DNA of 63,801 nt, the filler included, from Choristocarpus tenellus KU-1152 (lineage: Eukaryota; Protista; Phaeophyceae), in NCBI GenBank assembly GCA_964200185.2. It is 15 parts of 15 records of this genome, joined end to end, with 100 filler letters (N's around TTAATTAATTAA, not from the genome) between each part and the next. Parts side by side here need not be neighbours in the genome. Positions count along the whole stretch, not along the records: positions 1 to 3,591 come from CAXNAD020019076.1; positions 3,692 to 8,523 come from CAXNAD020012887.1; positions 8,624 to 13,909 come from CAXNAD020011264.1; 12 more parts are not named here. The stretch is one strand, 5' to 3'. The notes beneath the pieces were generated by a model. The model ran no database searches and was not told where the DNA came from. It saw nothing but the letters and a program-made list of their open reading frames with translations. Below, one piece after another: positions 1 to 11,399 of this stretch; position 1 is the first letter of the stretch; each line of letters begins with the position of its first letter. The position numbers and the translations under genes are program-made.

Positions 1-1042
1 CCCCCCCAGATACTTTGATCCTTTCCCTGTGTAATCTCCTCCAGTGGGGGAACTACAATGGGCTGACGAGAATTCCCACATGGGTTTTCTCTGTGTTGTA
101 TGCACTCATCTGAGGATCTACATTACCTTGAGAAGTTGGTGCCTGCGAAGTTACCATACTTTCTATTGCTTCAGTGAAGAGTTAGAGCCGATTCAGAAAC
201 AAACAAGACGGGAAATTCTTAGACTCGTTCGACAAGCATGTTAGCAAGCTCTCTTGAATTTAAAACACGATTCTAGTAAAAGACCCCTACATGGTCAAGG
301 GCCCATCCAAGGCGAACAATTTTTTGAGGTACTCTTCCATCTTCTTCTCCCCACTACTAGATGCACTTCGACGTGATAATCGGAGATGTTTTTTTTCATA
401 TATGATACATGTTTTTATAGAAGAAGGGACTGAAGAGTTGTCAGGATTTAACAGTTTTGGGATTTTTTACATTCAACATATGTGTTGCATCTTTTTTTAT
501 TCGTATAGTATGCGTGTGTGGCTGCACATTGTTCCTGCTTCAGTCTTCAGGAGGTATCATTGTTTTACCTCCCTTGAGAGTCTCCCATGCATCCACGTTC
601 ATCCAGATTTTGCGAAGGAGAACATGGAACTACTGCACATAACCTTAGCTCAGCGTGGTCGTTAATAGTTCGAAATATTCCTAGGTGTTGAGAGCATGTA
701 CTTTTGTCACAGGCAATATGTCTTGATGGCGGTTTCGTAAACACCATTATGACATTGAAGTTCTAGATTTGATATATTTGTACTTCTTGATTATTTATTT
801 ATTATTTGGTCGTTATGGTCCCCGATTATGATAAGACGTTGTTGTTCAGTTCCTTTTTATACCATATATACTTGCGCATCAGGAGTCCTATATCTACATC
901 AGTATCATTTAAGACCGTGGATTGGAGCTATACATCCTGTGGAGGTGAGCTTCTGAGAGGCGCCTGTAACACTTTGAGTCTGTTTGTGTAGCAGGAAAGG
1001 TCTAAATGTGGTGGGAAAGTTGGACCAGGCACGGAAAAGTTT

Positions 1043-1298
1043 GAGTGAAAGTGTCTTAGAGGATACGAGTTTTGTCCTGTTTGTCCGTTTGAGGTTTGAC
1101 TTCCCATGTTTTTTTCTGACATTTTCCTACATCAAAATTTTCGGAGTAGGAAAAATGTGTACGTTATGAAAAGGTGTGTCCAGAACAAGGATATTGACAC
1201 TTCCTAACAAACACGATAGCCAAAATTTCATTAAAATCGCAACATTAGATTTTGGGCCCCAAACAGACACGACTCTACCGTCCAAGATACTTTGATTC
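1043..1298 (-). mobile_element. MITE family A copy (~256 bp)
   Basis: TIRs GAGTGAAAGTGTCTTAGAGG...CCAAGATACTTTGATTC; interior homologous to other A copies; flanks TTT/CTT. Confidence 0.88.
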
Positions 1299-1674
1299 CT
1301 TGAGCTCCTTTCTCACTACTACTTGAATGCGTTACTATAAACTCAATGGTCTGTACATATCAATTGTTTGGGTGCCCTCCTCCTGCAACCTTGAATCTAT
1401 CGACCTTTACATGTACTGGTTCGTTCGTGTGGTCCATGACTGTGTGTGTGTTTCCATGTCCCGGCAGCACCAGCTGAATTCACCCCAAATATTGGAAAAA
1501 GGATACTCTTACAACCCCTTCTGTCATTTATGAGATGGCTATCCCCACTCATGATGGACAGTACATGAATGTAGGCTTGGTTCCACCACTGAACCGTTCT
1601 CTACCTCCTCTACTCTGTGCTTCTCCTTCAAATGCCTAGAACTTCCAACTCCACTTGCGAAAAAATGTCCTTCA

Positions 1675-1943
1675 GCTCTGTGTATCTTCGAGAGAGGGGG
1701 TCTTAGCCTAGGTTGTTCATTCGGGGCTTGATGGATTGTTGTAAGATACCCCAGTTTGGCCTATTGCATCCTAGAGAAAGGTTCAGGTTTCCATTCAGGC
1801 CTTTGTGATTCTTTGTGATTTTCTTGTCACTTGTCTCAACAAGTCAATTGTAAGGGCAATTTCCTTCATCTGGGCGCACCTTCATTTTCCATCCCCCTGT
1901 CTGGACCAAATCCGAAGGAAAATATCCCCCAAAACGGGATCAT
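1675..1943 (+). mobile_element. MITE family C copy with internal inversion
   Basis: 1711-1757 matches 24626-24673 directly; 1758-1943 matches 24675-24865 in reverse complement. Confidence 0.7.
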
Positions 1944-1944
1944 T

Positions 1945-2570
1945 CATCATGCTCATTCCATGGAACTCTGAAAGGGTTTTGGTTGTGGGGATATAGAAAA
2001 GTAGCCTGGACCTTCTTCCGCTTGAACCCCCTGCGATCCCTCTTCTCACCCTTAGAGCACGGGGCAACATCCTTGTTGTACCAAAGCGGTAAACAAAATA
2101 AGGTAACATTGTACTTGCGCACTGGCGTACAGCATTTTTTGCTTCCACCTCTTCACGGGTGGTAGCTTTGAATGCGCTGCAGGCTTGCATTGCTTTCTCC
2201 AGGTCTACATGTACAATTATCTGTATGATGGGGACAAGTAGAGATACTGTCATGCATTCGATGTAGAGGGAAAATGAAAAGGGTATGTTTAATAGATGTC
2301 AATATGTAACATGAAAGAGGTTGCATACAGTTTTTGTCAACACGTTCGATAGGTGACAGGCGACTTCTACCATCCTAGAAGCTCTTCCGATTTCTGTTTC
2401 ATTCCGGATTACATTAATGTTTCAACTGTTACCCCCAATTCAAATATCGACATACATCGTGGGTGACCATCATTGTTCTCTTGGTAGAAGATTGCAGGTT
2501 TCAGGACAGGAAGTGGTCCCAAATGCTATATGTTGATCACCAACAAGTCAGTATATACATGCTGCATTTC
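1945..2570 (-). pseudogene. Possible highly decayed Ty3/Gypsy pol remnant (RNase H to integrase)
   Basis: Minus-strand fragments HVYTDLL, KAMQACSAFKA and FVYRFGTTRML weakly resemble RNase H and integrase motifs; many stops. Confidence 0.25.
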
Positions 2571-2584
2571 TTTGTTCAGCCCAA

Positions 2585-2843
2585 GAGTAAAGTATCTTAG
2601 AGGGTAGAGCCGCGTCCATTTGGGGGCCAAAATCCAATATTACAATTTTGATGTAATTTTGGCTATCGTGTTTGTTAGGAGGGTGTCAGTATCCTTGTTC
2701 CGGACAACCTTTTCATAATGTATATGTCTTACCTACTCCGAAATGTTTCGGAGTAGGTAAAATGTCATTAAAAACCCCATGGGAAGCCAAGCTCCAAATG
2801 GACAAATAGGGAAAAACTCGTACCCTCGAAGATACTCTCGCTC
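2585..2843 (+). mobile_element. MITE family A copy
   Basis: GAGTAAAGTATCTTAGAGGGTAGAG...CTCGTACCCTCGAAGATACTCTCGCTC; internal palindrome CCTACTCCGAAA/TTTCGGAGTAGG. Confidence 0.9.
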
Positions 2844-2878
2844 CCAATCCTCAACACCTTGCACATCTCCTCCATGTA

Positions 2879-2932
2879 TGTTACAGGCGAATAGCGCGAG
2901 CATTTCTTTCTGCGTGCCAAAATGCGCCAACA
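2879..2932 (-). repeat. 54-bp TGTT...AACA micro-element
   Basis: Reverse complement matches both 54-bp units at 19950-20003 and 20006-20059 (AATGCTCGCGCTATTCGCCTGTAACA); flanks GTA/GTA. Confidence 0.75.
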
Positions 2933-3134
2933 GTATATATGTAGGTAAGAATTCATGTAGGAGGAACTTTGAATTGATTGAAGATGCAGAGCAAGTTTTG
3001 AAATGCAAACATAATCTTGGAGAATAGATGTCAATTCCTGAAAGTTGCAGAATATAGATTTATGATTGAAGCATCTACTTAAACTTAGCAGTTTGCAGAC
3101 TTCATTTAACTCTTTGGCTGTAAAAAAATAGTGA

Positions 3135-3330
3135 ATGGTGTTAATAAAAGGCTGATGCGGATCACCATGCCCTCAGTTCTTTTGATATTTACGTCTTTTG
3201 ATAAAGAGAAAAGCGAGACATTGACTGAGCTAAGCATCAACTGACACCGTACGTGGTAATCATCTGTGGACCCCCTCATAGCTTCGTTTTAAGGTCGTTG
3301 GATTTGAGTTGCATATCCTGTGGAGGTGAG
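3135..3330 (+). repeat. Dispersed repeat family F (unclassified)
   Basis: GTCGTTGGATTTGAGTTGCATATCCTGTGGAGGTGAG recurs at ~910-950 (+) and ~19540-19580 (-); weaker similarity extends ~200 bp. Confidence 0.6.
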
Positions 3331-3591
3331 TGTGCAAAATAGGACAATAGTGAAGTGTACCTTATTTTGTGTATATGAGATTATTGTGTTGAATTGAATC
3401 CATGTGATGTAACTAATAAGATAGTACATCCGGATTATATATGGAGTTTGTTTGTTATTCATTACCTTTGGCTACTTTGAAATAGATAGCGAAAACAGAA
3501 TAATAAAAATACACAAACAATGAGAAGACACCCCACAAAGGTCACTCTCTCTTCCAATTTTAACCATGTAATCACGTTCAGCAAAGGGGGT
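3331..3591 (+). mobile_element. LTR (TGTGCAAA...) truncated by contig end, interrupting a family F repeat
   Basis: Colinear with the complete solo LTR at 13384-13721. Confidence 0.85.
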
Positions 3592-3691
3592 NNNNNNNNN
3601 NNNNNNNNNNNNNNNNNNNNNNNNNNNNNNNNNNNTTAATTAATTAANNNNNNNNNNNNNNNNNNNNNNNNNNNNNNNNNNNNNNNNNNNN
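3592..3691. other. Artificial contig linker (N44-TTAATTAATTAA-N44); 14 such linkers in the window
   Basis: Identical 100-bp N-padded six-frame-stop spacer also at 8524, 13910, 20581, 23547, 30941, 33745, 38085, 41556, 47896, 50964, 54859, 57711, 60962. Confidence 0.98.
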
Positions 3692-4378
3692 CCCCCCGGA
3701 TACTTAGGTCTTCCTTACTAGGGTTAGTGTAGACTGTTTGAACACACAGGAGGGGCAAAATGTAGGTGACAAACTCCACAAAGGTGTCGTACGTACAGTA
3801 CCGTCATTGTAGCATTCAATATTTGTACTTCAATACAAGATCTCCTAGGCCAATTCTGTAACCTCCCGATTCTAGTTCGTACCTCTTGGAACCTTTATGC
3901 TGACTTTTTTTTAATAGTAAGGCAAGTTGTCAAATATTCCGTTTTTCTCATATTCTGCCCACAAAGAAATATGCAGTCAGCAACGCAGTACTTACAAAGC
4001 ATCATATTTATACGTTTATCACAGTGCAATTCCATACATACCATCAACATTTTCTTAATTTAACTATACCACCGATTAAACTGAGACCCTACATCCAACG
4101 TTGGTTTATACTGATCTTAGACTGATCTGGGAGGTTGTGAGGAGTCAATGGGTGACTCTGTTGGTTCCATGTGCTGCGAAGTATGTTATCTTAGCTTTGT
4201 CATTTGAGTGTTCTGAGAGTGCTGTATGCTCAATACCACTTTTAACATGCACCCAAAAGTACTTTTAGGAAGAGATTGTTTGTACCAAATTGATTTTCTT
4301 TTTTAAGATGAAAATGATGTAAATGCCACTCCACACACTTTCACATTATCTTGTCATCTGCTATGTACCCCTTGCCAG

Positions 4379-4579
4379 ATGCCATATGAGGCAATAACGC
4401 AAGAGACCTATGAGGCTCTTACAGCAGGTCTAAGGAGGACGAACTTTAGGTCGCAGTGTTTCAAGGGAGCTGAAACTGTCAGTGCTGAGAGCCATAGGGT
4501 ACAAGATGTACCGGATAAGTTCTGTGACACAGATGGGTGCCAGGTGAATTCTGATACAATCATATCGAGTGCTGATTAA
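4379..4579 (+). CDS. nrdJ: Terminal exon of adenosylcobalamin-dependent (class II, RTPR-type) ribonucleotide reductase
   Basis: Acceptor CCCTTGCCAG| then MPYEAITQETYE...PDKFCDTDGC; the (Q)MPYE motif and C-terminal Cys-X4-Cys shuttle pair are typical of monomeric class II RNRs; stop TAA at 4577-4579. Confidence 0.78.
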   Translation: MPYEAITQETYEALTAGLRRTNFRSQCFKGAETVSAESHRVQDVPDKFCDTDGCQVNSDTIISSAD

Positions 4580-4839
4580 GCCTCGACATGCTGTCATGTT
4601 CTGCAGAGCTTTACGGGCTTCTTTGAGTGGAGAAGCGTGCACTCAAGGAAATATGTGAATTAATAGTTGTGGTTGATGCAATTACTTCCTGCAGTCACAA
4701 CCTAATGTAACATAGCTTTTACATCCCCGATGAAGAAGCAAGATTTTTTTTCACATATTCATATTTATGGGTGTATTTTGCAGACACTAAAAAGGTTGCC
4801 CATCAAAATCTCAAACAACATGGAGCAGCCTACACCTAT

Positions 4840-6023
4840 CTATGATTCCACCCACGAAACCCTCCAAAACTCCATTCCAGCACAGTATTTCACTACATTC
4901 AGCGGAGTATTCAAGGGGGGCTTGTCCAGCTTCTCAGCCTTTTCCTTGCTAAGTGGGGGCATTTTGAAGACACTATCACCCTTGGACCCCAGCACTTCAA
5001 TGTAGACTGCGAAGAGGCTTTGCCAGATACACTCTAGTGTTGCCCAGGGGTGCACATTAAACACCTCCATTGTGGCCTCCACCAGCTCCACGTATTCCTT
5101 CAGTTGCTGGGTGGAATGAAAGAACCCCAGGTCGTTGACATTGAGGTCAGGTGCGTTGGCTGACTGGGTCTCTATGAGAATGTCGTCCCCCACTGCCTCC
5201 TCAATTTCCTCCATGATCCTTCCCTTGTTGTTTGGCTTAGCCCCATCCTGCTGCATGAAGATGGCATGTCCTTCCGACCTAGGCATGTGGGCCTTGATTG
5301 CCATGATGACATCCTTCGTCCATTGTGACTGACGCAAGCACCTTGGTGCCCTTGGGGTGGTGTTTGCTGGAGCGCTGAGCGACCTTATTGTCCACAATTT
5401 TTCAGATCCTGATTTCCTCATTGAACGACACCCCATTGGAGAGCATCCTAGGGTGAGCCACAGCTACAAGGAACATCACCTTCGTAATGTAACACTCATT
5501 CTGCGCCCCTGGGGGTTTAGGGGGGTCCTCAGTGGGGTGCAGGTACACACACACCTCGCCCATCTTTGAGGATGCAAAACCACTTCTCGTCCACATGCAC
5601 CCAGTCATACAGATCATCCACTAATACCTCACTCCCCCCCCATCCTGTGTGTGTGGCTGATGATAAAACCCACCCTGTTGACTTTCTGCTGGTCTGAGAG
5701 GACCAGCTCAATCCACCACTTTACCTTCTTCGCCTCGTGCTTGCACAGATCCCACCACAAGGCAAGGGAGGCCCCAGCTTTGGCCACCTATTTGCGGAAG
5801 GATGTATGGTGTGTCAATGGGACATCCCAAACGTCAAGGACACTTTTATGGCGGCCACATCACCCCTTGATATGTCATACAAGGTCCATGCATACACCCT
5901 TTGCAGTCTTGCTGTCATAATCCTTAAGATAAAGTCCTCTGCGATGGCCACTGTTGTCCCCTGAGGCATCATAGTCCCGTGCTCTCTCGCCTCCAGGTAT
6001 CGCACCACCACATTGTTCTTCAT
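4840..6023 (-). pseudogene. Degenerate Tc1/mariner transposase of the plant/oomycete DD39D-like type
   Basis: Frameshifted motifs in order: WVHVDEKWFC, YITKVMFLVAVAHPR, MQQDGAKP, QSANAPDLNVNDLGFF; TIRs not identified. Confidence 0.85.
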
Positions 6024-6599
6024 GGAGGGTTTTGATTATAGTGACTTCAAATAATACTCGAGTAATACTACTAGAAATCACCCAACTTGATCTCGGCTTT
6101 ATTGAAGTCCTCATTTTCTGCATTGATTGAGATTACAGCAAGATTAGGCATGCTTGCCTTCATGTACACGCACTACTATGAAAATGTGTTAGATATCAGC
6201 CTTGACCCAGAAGGATTTATTGCGGCCCACCCCCTGACATATATCACTTTCTTTGGCTGAGTTGTAAGCTTGACCTTGGTCACATCAGGCTTGACTGACT
6301 CTTGCTCCTTTTCATCTCACCCTTCACCTTCCTTGCCATCATCCTCACTATGTATGAGAACAGATCCAACCAATGGGTGGACGTTATCCTCATGATCTTG
6401 GTATTCATCCCTACCGTCCTAAGAGTACCCCTACACAGTCGTGGCTTTTGGACTCATCAAACTATTTGGCAAGCTTGCTTTTGTGTCCAAAGCATAAGAA
6501 GAAATATCAAGATAATGCGTCCCTTAGATTTCAGTTTATCTTGATTTTGTCAAAATGTATTAGCCCCACCACTCTAGAACTATAATTATGTACGTGTAT

Positions 6600-7460
6600 G
6601 AAAGTGTCAAATGAACCAACTAATAGATAACTCCTCAATGCCTCAAGCAGCACTGGCCCATGATGGACATTCCAATGACTGTGAGAGTGAAGATATTTGC
6701 TTGAGGTATACTACATAGTAGTAAGGTAAAGAAAAAGGGCACTTCAGGCATGTTGGGCCTTTGGAATTCTTTGATGCAAGCATACATCAATGGTTTAAGC
6801 AAATATTCCTGCAGTTGAAGCACCCTACGCTGTGTCACCAGTAAGGCCGGTAAACGTTTTGTGAGGAAGAGTACCCTAGTCCATCATTTGTTGAATACTC
6901 CTACTCTATTTAAGGGGAAAGATGTATGTTACAACTGTTGTGGTATAGCTGTTGTCTTCCACACGAAAAGCCTTCCAGGATCTCTAGACCAAATTAATTT
7001 CTTCATTAATTGCTTCACTGTATGTACCTTCCCATTGTTGGCATCAGACTATGATACTGGGTGTGTGGCATATACACTAGCCTTTGGCCTCCAAGTAATT
7101 TGCTGGGTTTCCCCTGGAGGTGATATTTTTCGAGATGAGGTTAAGAAGCGGCATCTTACTCAGGTTGTGTTAGGCAGTGCAAGGAACGAACTCGCTTACA
7201 GACAAGACAACTTCTCAAGATGAAGACACAAAGTACACTCACGCATCACCTACCCCATGTTGTCCTCAACTCACAACACACCGTTCTTGAACCATGAAGC
7301 CTCCATCACATGGCTCCAAGCCTGGTGTGTCTGACACACGGGAGTCATGACAGACTCTTTTATGTGTCTATAAAATGGCCCACACAGTTGTAGAAAGACT
7401 TGGGTATATATGAGCCTTGAAGTGCCAGCACATTCACGTTCTCTCATACAAGTCTTCAAG
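6600..7460 (-). pseudogene. Decayed Ty3/Gypsy integrase remnant
   Basis: Minus-strand fragments MKTCMRER..LQLCGP..KESVMTP..AWSHV (Zn-finger/PW region), DANNGKVHTVKQLMKK..DP (cf. SNGxAExxVxTVKxLxKK) and LRSYLL. Confidence 0.5.
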
Positions 7461-9174
7461 GATCATCAAAATTAAAAACAGATTTGGAAACTGGTAGACT
7501 ACAGACAGGAGTCGTGTTGTGAAATGATTTGTTAAAGCCATAACTTACACTTACAATGATCACTGTTTGATTCAGTGAGTTGAAATTCAAGTGAAGTGAT
7601 CCGGAGATGTGTGCTGTTGAGAGCATGAGTGCGCAGGTCGTTCTTTTTACATATAAGTTGTTTTTTGTTTTCACTTTTGTCTGGAGACTGTCCCGAAACA
7701 TGGTCAGAGGTTCTACACACAATACACTAATTCCCATACAAACTGCTGTAACCAACTGTTACACTACGACCAAATTAACAATTCTGCCGCCTTCATTAGT
7801 ATACTGCTTCTCATAGTTTGGGTTTTGCAATCCTACCAGTTGCTGCTCTGCCTCCTTCCTTTTATCTTGAGTCAGAACATCCTCGATGTTTACCATCTCG
7901 ATCTTGATCCAGGGTTGTTATTGGTATAGCAACAGATACGATAATAGAAGTGCACGACCTATTGTGCTTGCCACATGAAATTGGACCATTGAAATTGGTT
8001 TCCATCAAAAGAAGGGTAGCATTCAATGAGATTCGATCTCTTGAAATTCATTCATGGAACAGCCTCCTTAACTGAAACAGTGCGCTTCCATCAAAATACA
8101 AGATTATAGATATTGCCCCTCCTAAAGAATCACCTAGCATTCATTTTGCAAATATAATTCGATGTTTAAAAATGGCAGGAATTGAATGATAGTAACCATT
8201 AAAATTTTGGCACATACATTTGAAATGAGACCTGGGAAATTTATCGTAAGTGTGTGGGTGGGGGTATCATGAACTGGATCCTAGGTCAAGGCATCTCACC
8301 ACCATAATATAACCAAGTCCTAGGAACTATGCCAACCATTTCAATGCATGCCCGGAGTGCATATCCTAAGGGGGGGGATTATAAATTCAACTATCAACTT
8401 ACCTTTGCTTGTAATGACACATTTAAACATATTTAATTATGTTACATTTCATTCTGTATCCCGTGTTCGAGGCTAATGTTAAACTAATGCCCAAATCACC
8501 CAAGAGGATAAAGGTGATAAACCNNNNNNNNNNNNNNNNNNNNNNNNNNNNNNNNNNNNNNNNNNNNTTAATTAATTAANNNNNNNNNNNNNNNNNNNNN
8601 NNNNNNNNNNNNNNNNNNNNNNNCGAAAATTAGAAAATTCCTGGATTGTTCTATCTGGCCGCTGACCCAAGCCCCCCCCCCCCATCCCCCCCCCTCCACC
8701 CCCCTCCCCCACCCTCCCCCACCCTCAAAAAAATATATATCGTCATCAGCACTTGGTCAAAACAAGACACCACTGTTACTTCCACCTGGTCGGTCTGTGG
8801 GCTCCCTTGGGTTATAGGGTAATGGTTAGGGTTAGGTTCAGGTCTGTAGGTGCACGAACGCCTGCCTGTGATGACACGCAAGGGTCTGTAGTGCCATCCG
8901 TGCGGAGTCACTCACAAGAAAAAAAAAAGCAAATACTAAACAATAAACATACACGGAAATATGTAAATATTTATTTGTTCTTTTTTTTCTTCAGTAGGTC
9001 TGCCTGATCGGTTCACTCGTGCCACAAATAACGTTACTCAAGTACGGCTGCAGAATGGCAGTGCGACGACGCACAGAGCAACAAAAAAAAATCCAGGAAA
9101 CTTCTCAGCCTCTTGTGCTACAGATGTTGACGAATGAATCATCCCGCCTTCAGCAAGTAAAAGTCCACTACTGG

Positions 9175-9254
9175 CACTGATGGCCTGTTACCAATACCAG
9201 ATTAATTACTATGAACGGCACTGATGGCCCGTTACCAATACCAAATTAATTATT
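9175..9254 (+). repeat. Two-copy direct tandem repeat (~42-bp unit)
   Basis: GGCACTGATGGCCTGTTACCAATACCAGATTAATTA / GGCACTGATGGCCCGTTACCAATACCAAATTAATTA. Confidence 0.85.
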
Positions 9255-9426
9255 TTGCGGCAGCTAGTCTTGGTCTAAGCTCGTTCATTTGACACTTAGG
9301 GTTAGGGTTAGGGTTACGAGCTATTCATACAATAGGGTGTGAAAATTTCTTCAAATAAACTGAGAAATTTAACTCTTCTACCAATCGGTGATTATCTACT
9401 TACCAGTGCAGCAGATGGTATTTGTA

Positions 9427-9720
9427 CAACAACGACAACAACAGTATTAATAATCATAATAATAATAATAACAATAATAATAACAATAACAACAATAATA
9501 ACAACAATAACAATAACAATAATAACAATAACAATAATAATAACAATAATAATAATAACAACAATAATAACAACAATAACAATAATAATAATAATAATAA
9601 TAATAACAATAATAATAACAATAATAACAATAACAATAACAACAATAGCAATAACAATAATAATAATAACAATAACAACAACAATAACAATAACAATAAC
9701 AATAACAACAATAATAACAA
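9427..9720. repeat. Compound (AAT/AAC)n microsatellite, ~290 bp
   Basis: Directly visible; explains the homopolymeric ORFs at 9339-9917. Confidence 0.97.
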
Positions 9721-10772
9721 AACACACACAAATTAGTAATTATTTTTCACTATTATTAACCCACGCTACAAAGGCCGTACAGTCTGGGCACTTTCATTGG
9801 ACAAAAATCAAAATTAAAATTAAAATTACAGAAGCGAGTGCTGCTATAAACACAACCCTGCCATCAAGACCTTGTGGTTGGTCTTGGATATCAACACTTA
9901 CAACTCTCAAAGGGTGAGTATAGGTCTATACTACTCAAGCATATTCTTCTTAGACACCATCGCTGACTTTTAAAAAGAATTTTAAATATAGTCACTTCCT
10001 CGGGGTATATTTCTGCGAATTTAAAAAAGGTGTTTGTAGGTACCAGAATTTCGCTCTATATCCTGATCTTTCTAGTGCAATTTTTTTTTGTTCTTACAGA
10101 ACACAATACTCATCAAAACCGTACATTGTGATTACCTCCGGGTGGGTATATTGTTACCATCGAGCTGAATGAAGCAAACCCTATTATCATCAAGCGCACC
10201 GAGAGAGGAAGTTTCCGAGAAGTTTCCAAGAAGAGAGAACTGCCTTTTCAATCTCCCTTAACCCTCAGACTCAAAGGCTGAACAGCTCGTCAACAAACCC
10301 CCAACCCGCGGATCCAATTGCAGCTGACTCCAACACATGAGCAAGCACTGTCGGGGGAGGATAATGTGCAAAATGAAGCTGGAGTCCTTCCTATTTTTCT
10401 GACTGCATGCAAAGAGGCAGCTCTTTGGAAGGTGGATATACTCAACCCTAACCCTAACCCCATACACAACCACGCAAAAGTCTGAGGGAAGTCCTTAACG
10501 ATCAAAAGACAAGCGGCATACACCGAAGGCGTTCTTGCCATGTAGGTTGACAACTCATTTCCCATACTCATTTCTGAGGGGGATGTCTAGCAGAGCAGAC
10601 TCAGATCAACTCCTTATGAAACCCCTACTCCAAACTGCCCCATGCCTCCAAATAGGGGAGGAAGAGAAGTGCTCCTTTTTTCCAAGTGATTGGGGAGGGA
10701 GAGAACTTGAGCAATATCGGGTTGTTTCTACAAGTTGGAAACTTTTTTTTTTTCTTTGCCACAATATATTTT

Positions 10773-10823
10773 CAGATTAGATACTCAAATTAGACATTCA
10801 AATTAGACACTCAAATTAGATAT
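10773..10823 (+). repeat. 13-bp tandem repeat (CAAATTAGACACT-like) x4
   Basis: cagattagatact caaattagacatt caaattagacact caaattagatat. Confidence 0.8.
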
Positions 10824-11399
10824 TTAAAATTTAAAATATGCATCTCACACACTTCTAGTTGTATACATATATATTATTTTTCAACTTTCAAACACGGAGG
10901 CCTTGGGGCTGTATTTTAAAAGACAAAAAAAATGCCTCCTAACATTCAGCAAAAACAGTACCACCCTCATATCACTCAACAACTGTCCTGAGAGCACCTA
11001 ACCCAAATCCCTGTCTCCCATAACTGCAGCTGGATCTGACTCGTAATATCATCCAAAATAAAGGGGCACTATATTTCTTACCAGACCAGGCAGCAAATAG
11101 AACCGGTCAGAGGAATGAACCTTTCCAAAAAAGTGCAGCGGTCTGGAAGTTGACCTACCTAACAGGGACATGTTAAACCGGCCCAGCCCAAGGACCAGAA
11201 CTTCCAGAAATCTCAGTCATCTGGAACTGAGCTTGCCAAAGAAACACAACACCAGATCAGCCCTTCCAAAAGAAATCTTACCAACCCCTCTCTGGGTGAG
11301 GTGGTCCATCAACTCTAGTCTTTCTATACCACGCCTGCATACAATCCCTTCCATTATCATACAGTCCACACATTTCAACTCCCTACAATCAAATACATT

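Noticed and set aside
3636-3647. Regularly recurring TTAATTAATTAA palindrome, resembling an array or recombination site
   Set aside because: Always centred in N padding; an artificial six-frame-stop linker
9339-9917. Poly-I/T, poly-N, poly-L and C/Y ORFs
   Set aside because: By-products of the AAT/AAC microsatellite
10140-10260. LPPGGYIVTIELNEANPIIIK, resembling the Gypsy pre-RT segment
   Set aside because: Too short, with no supporting downstream RT motifs
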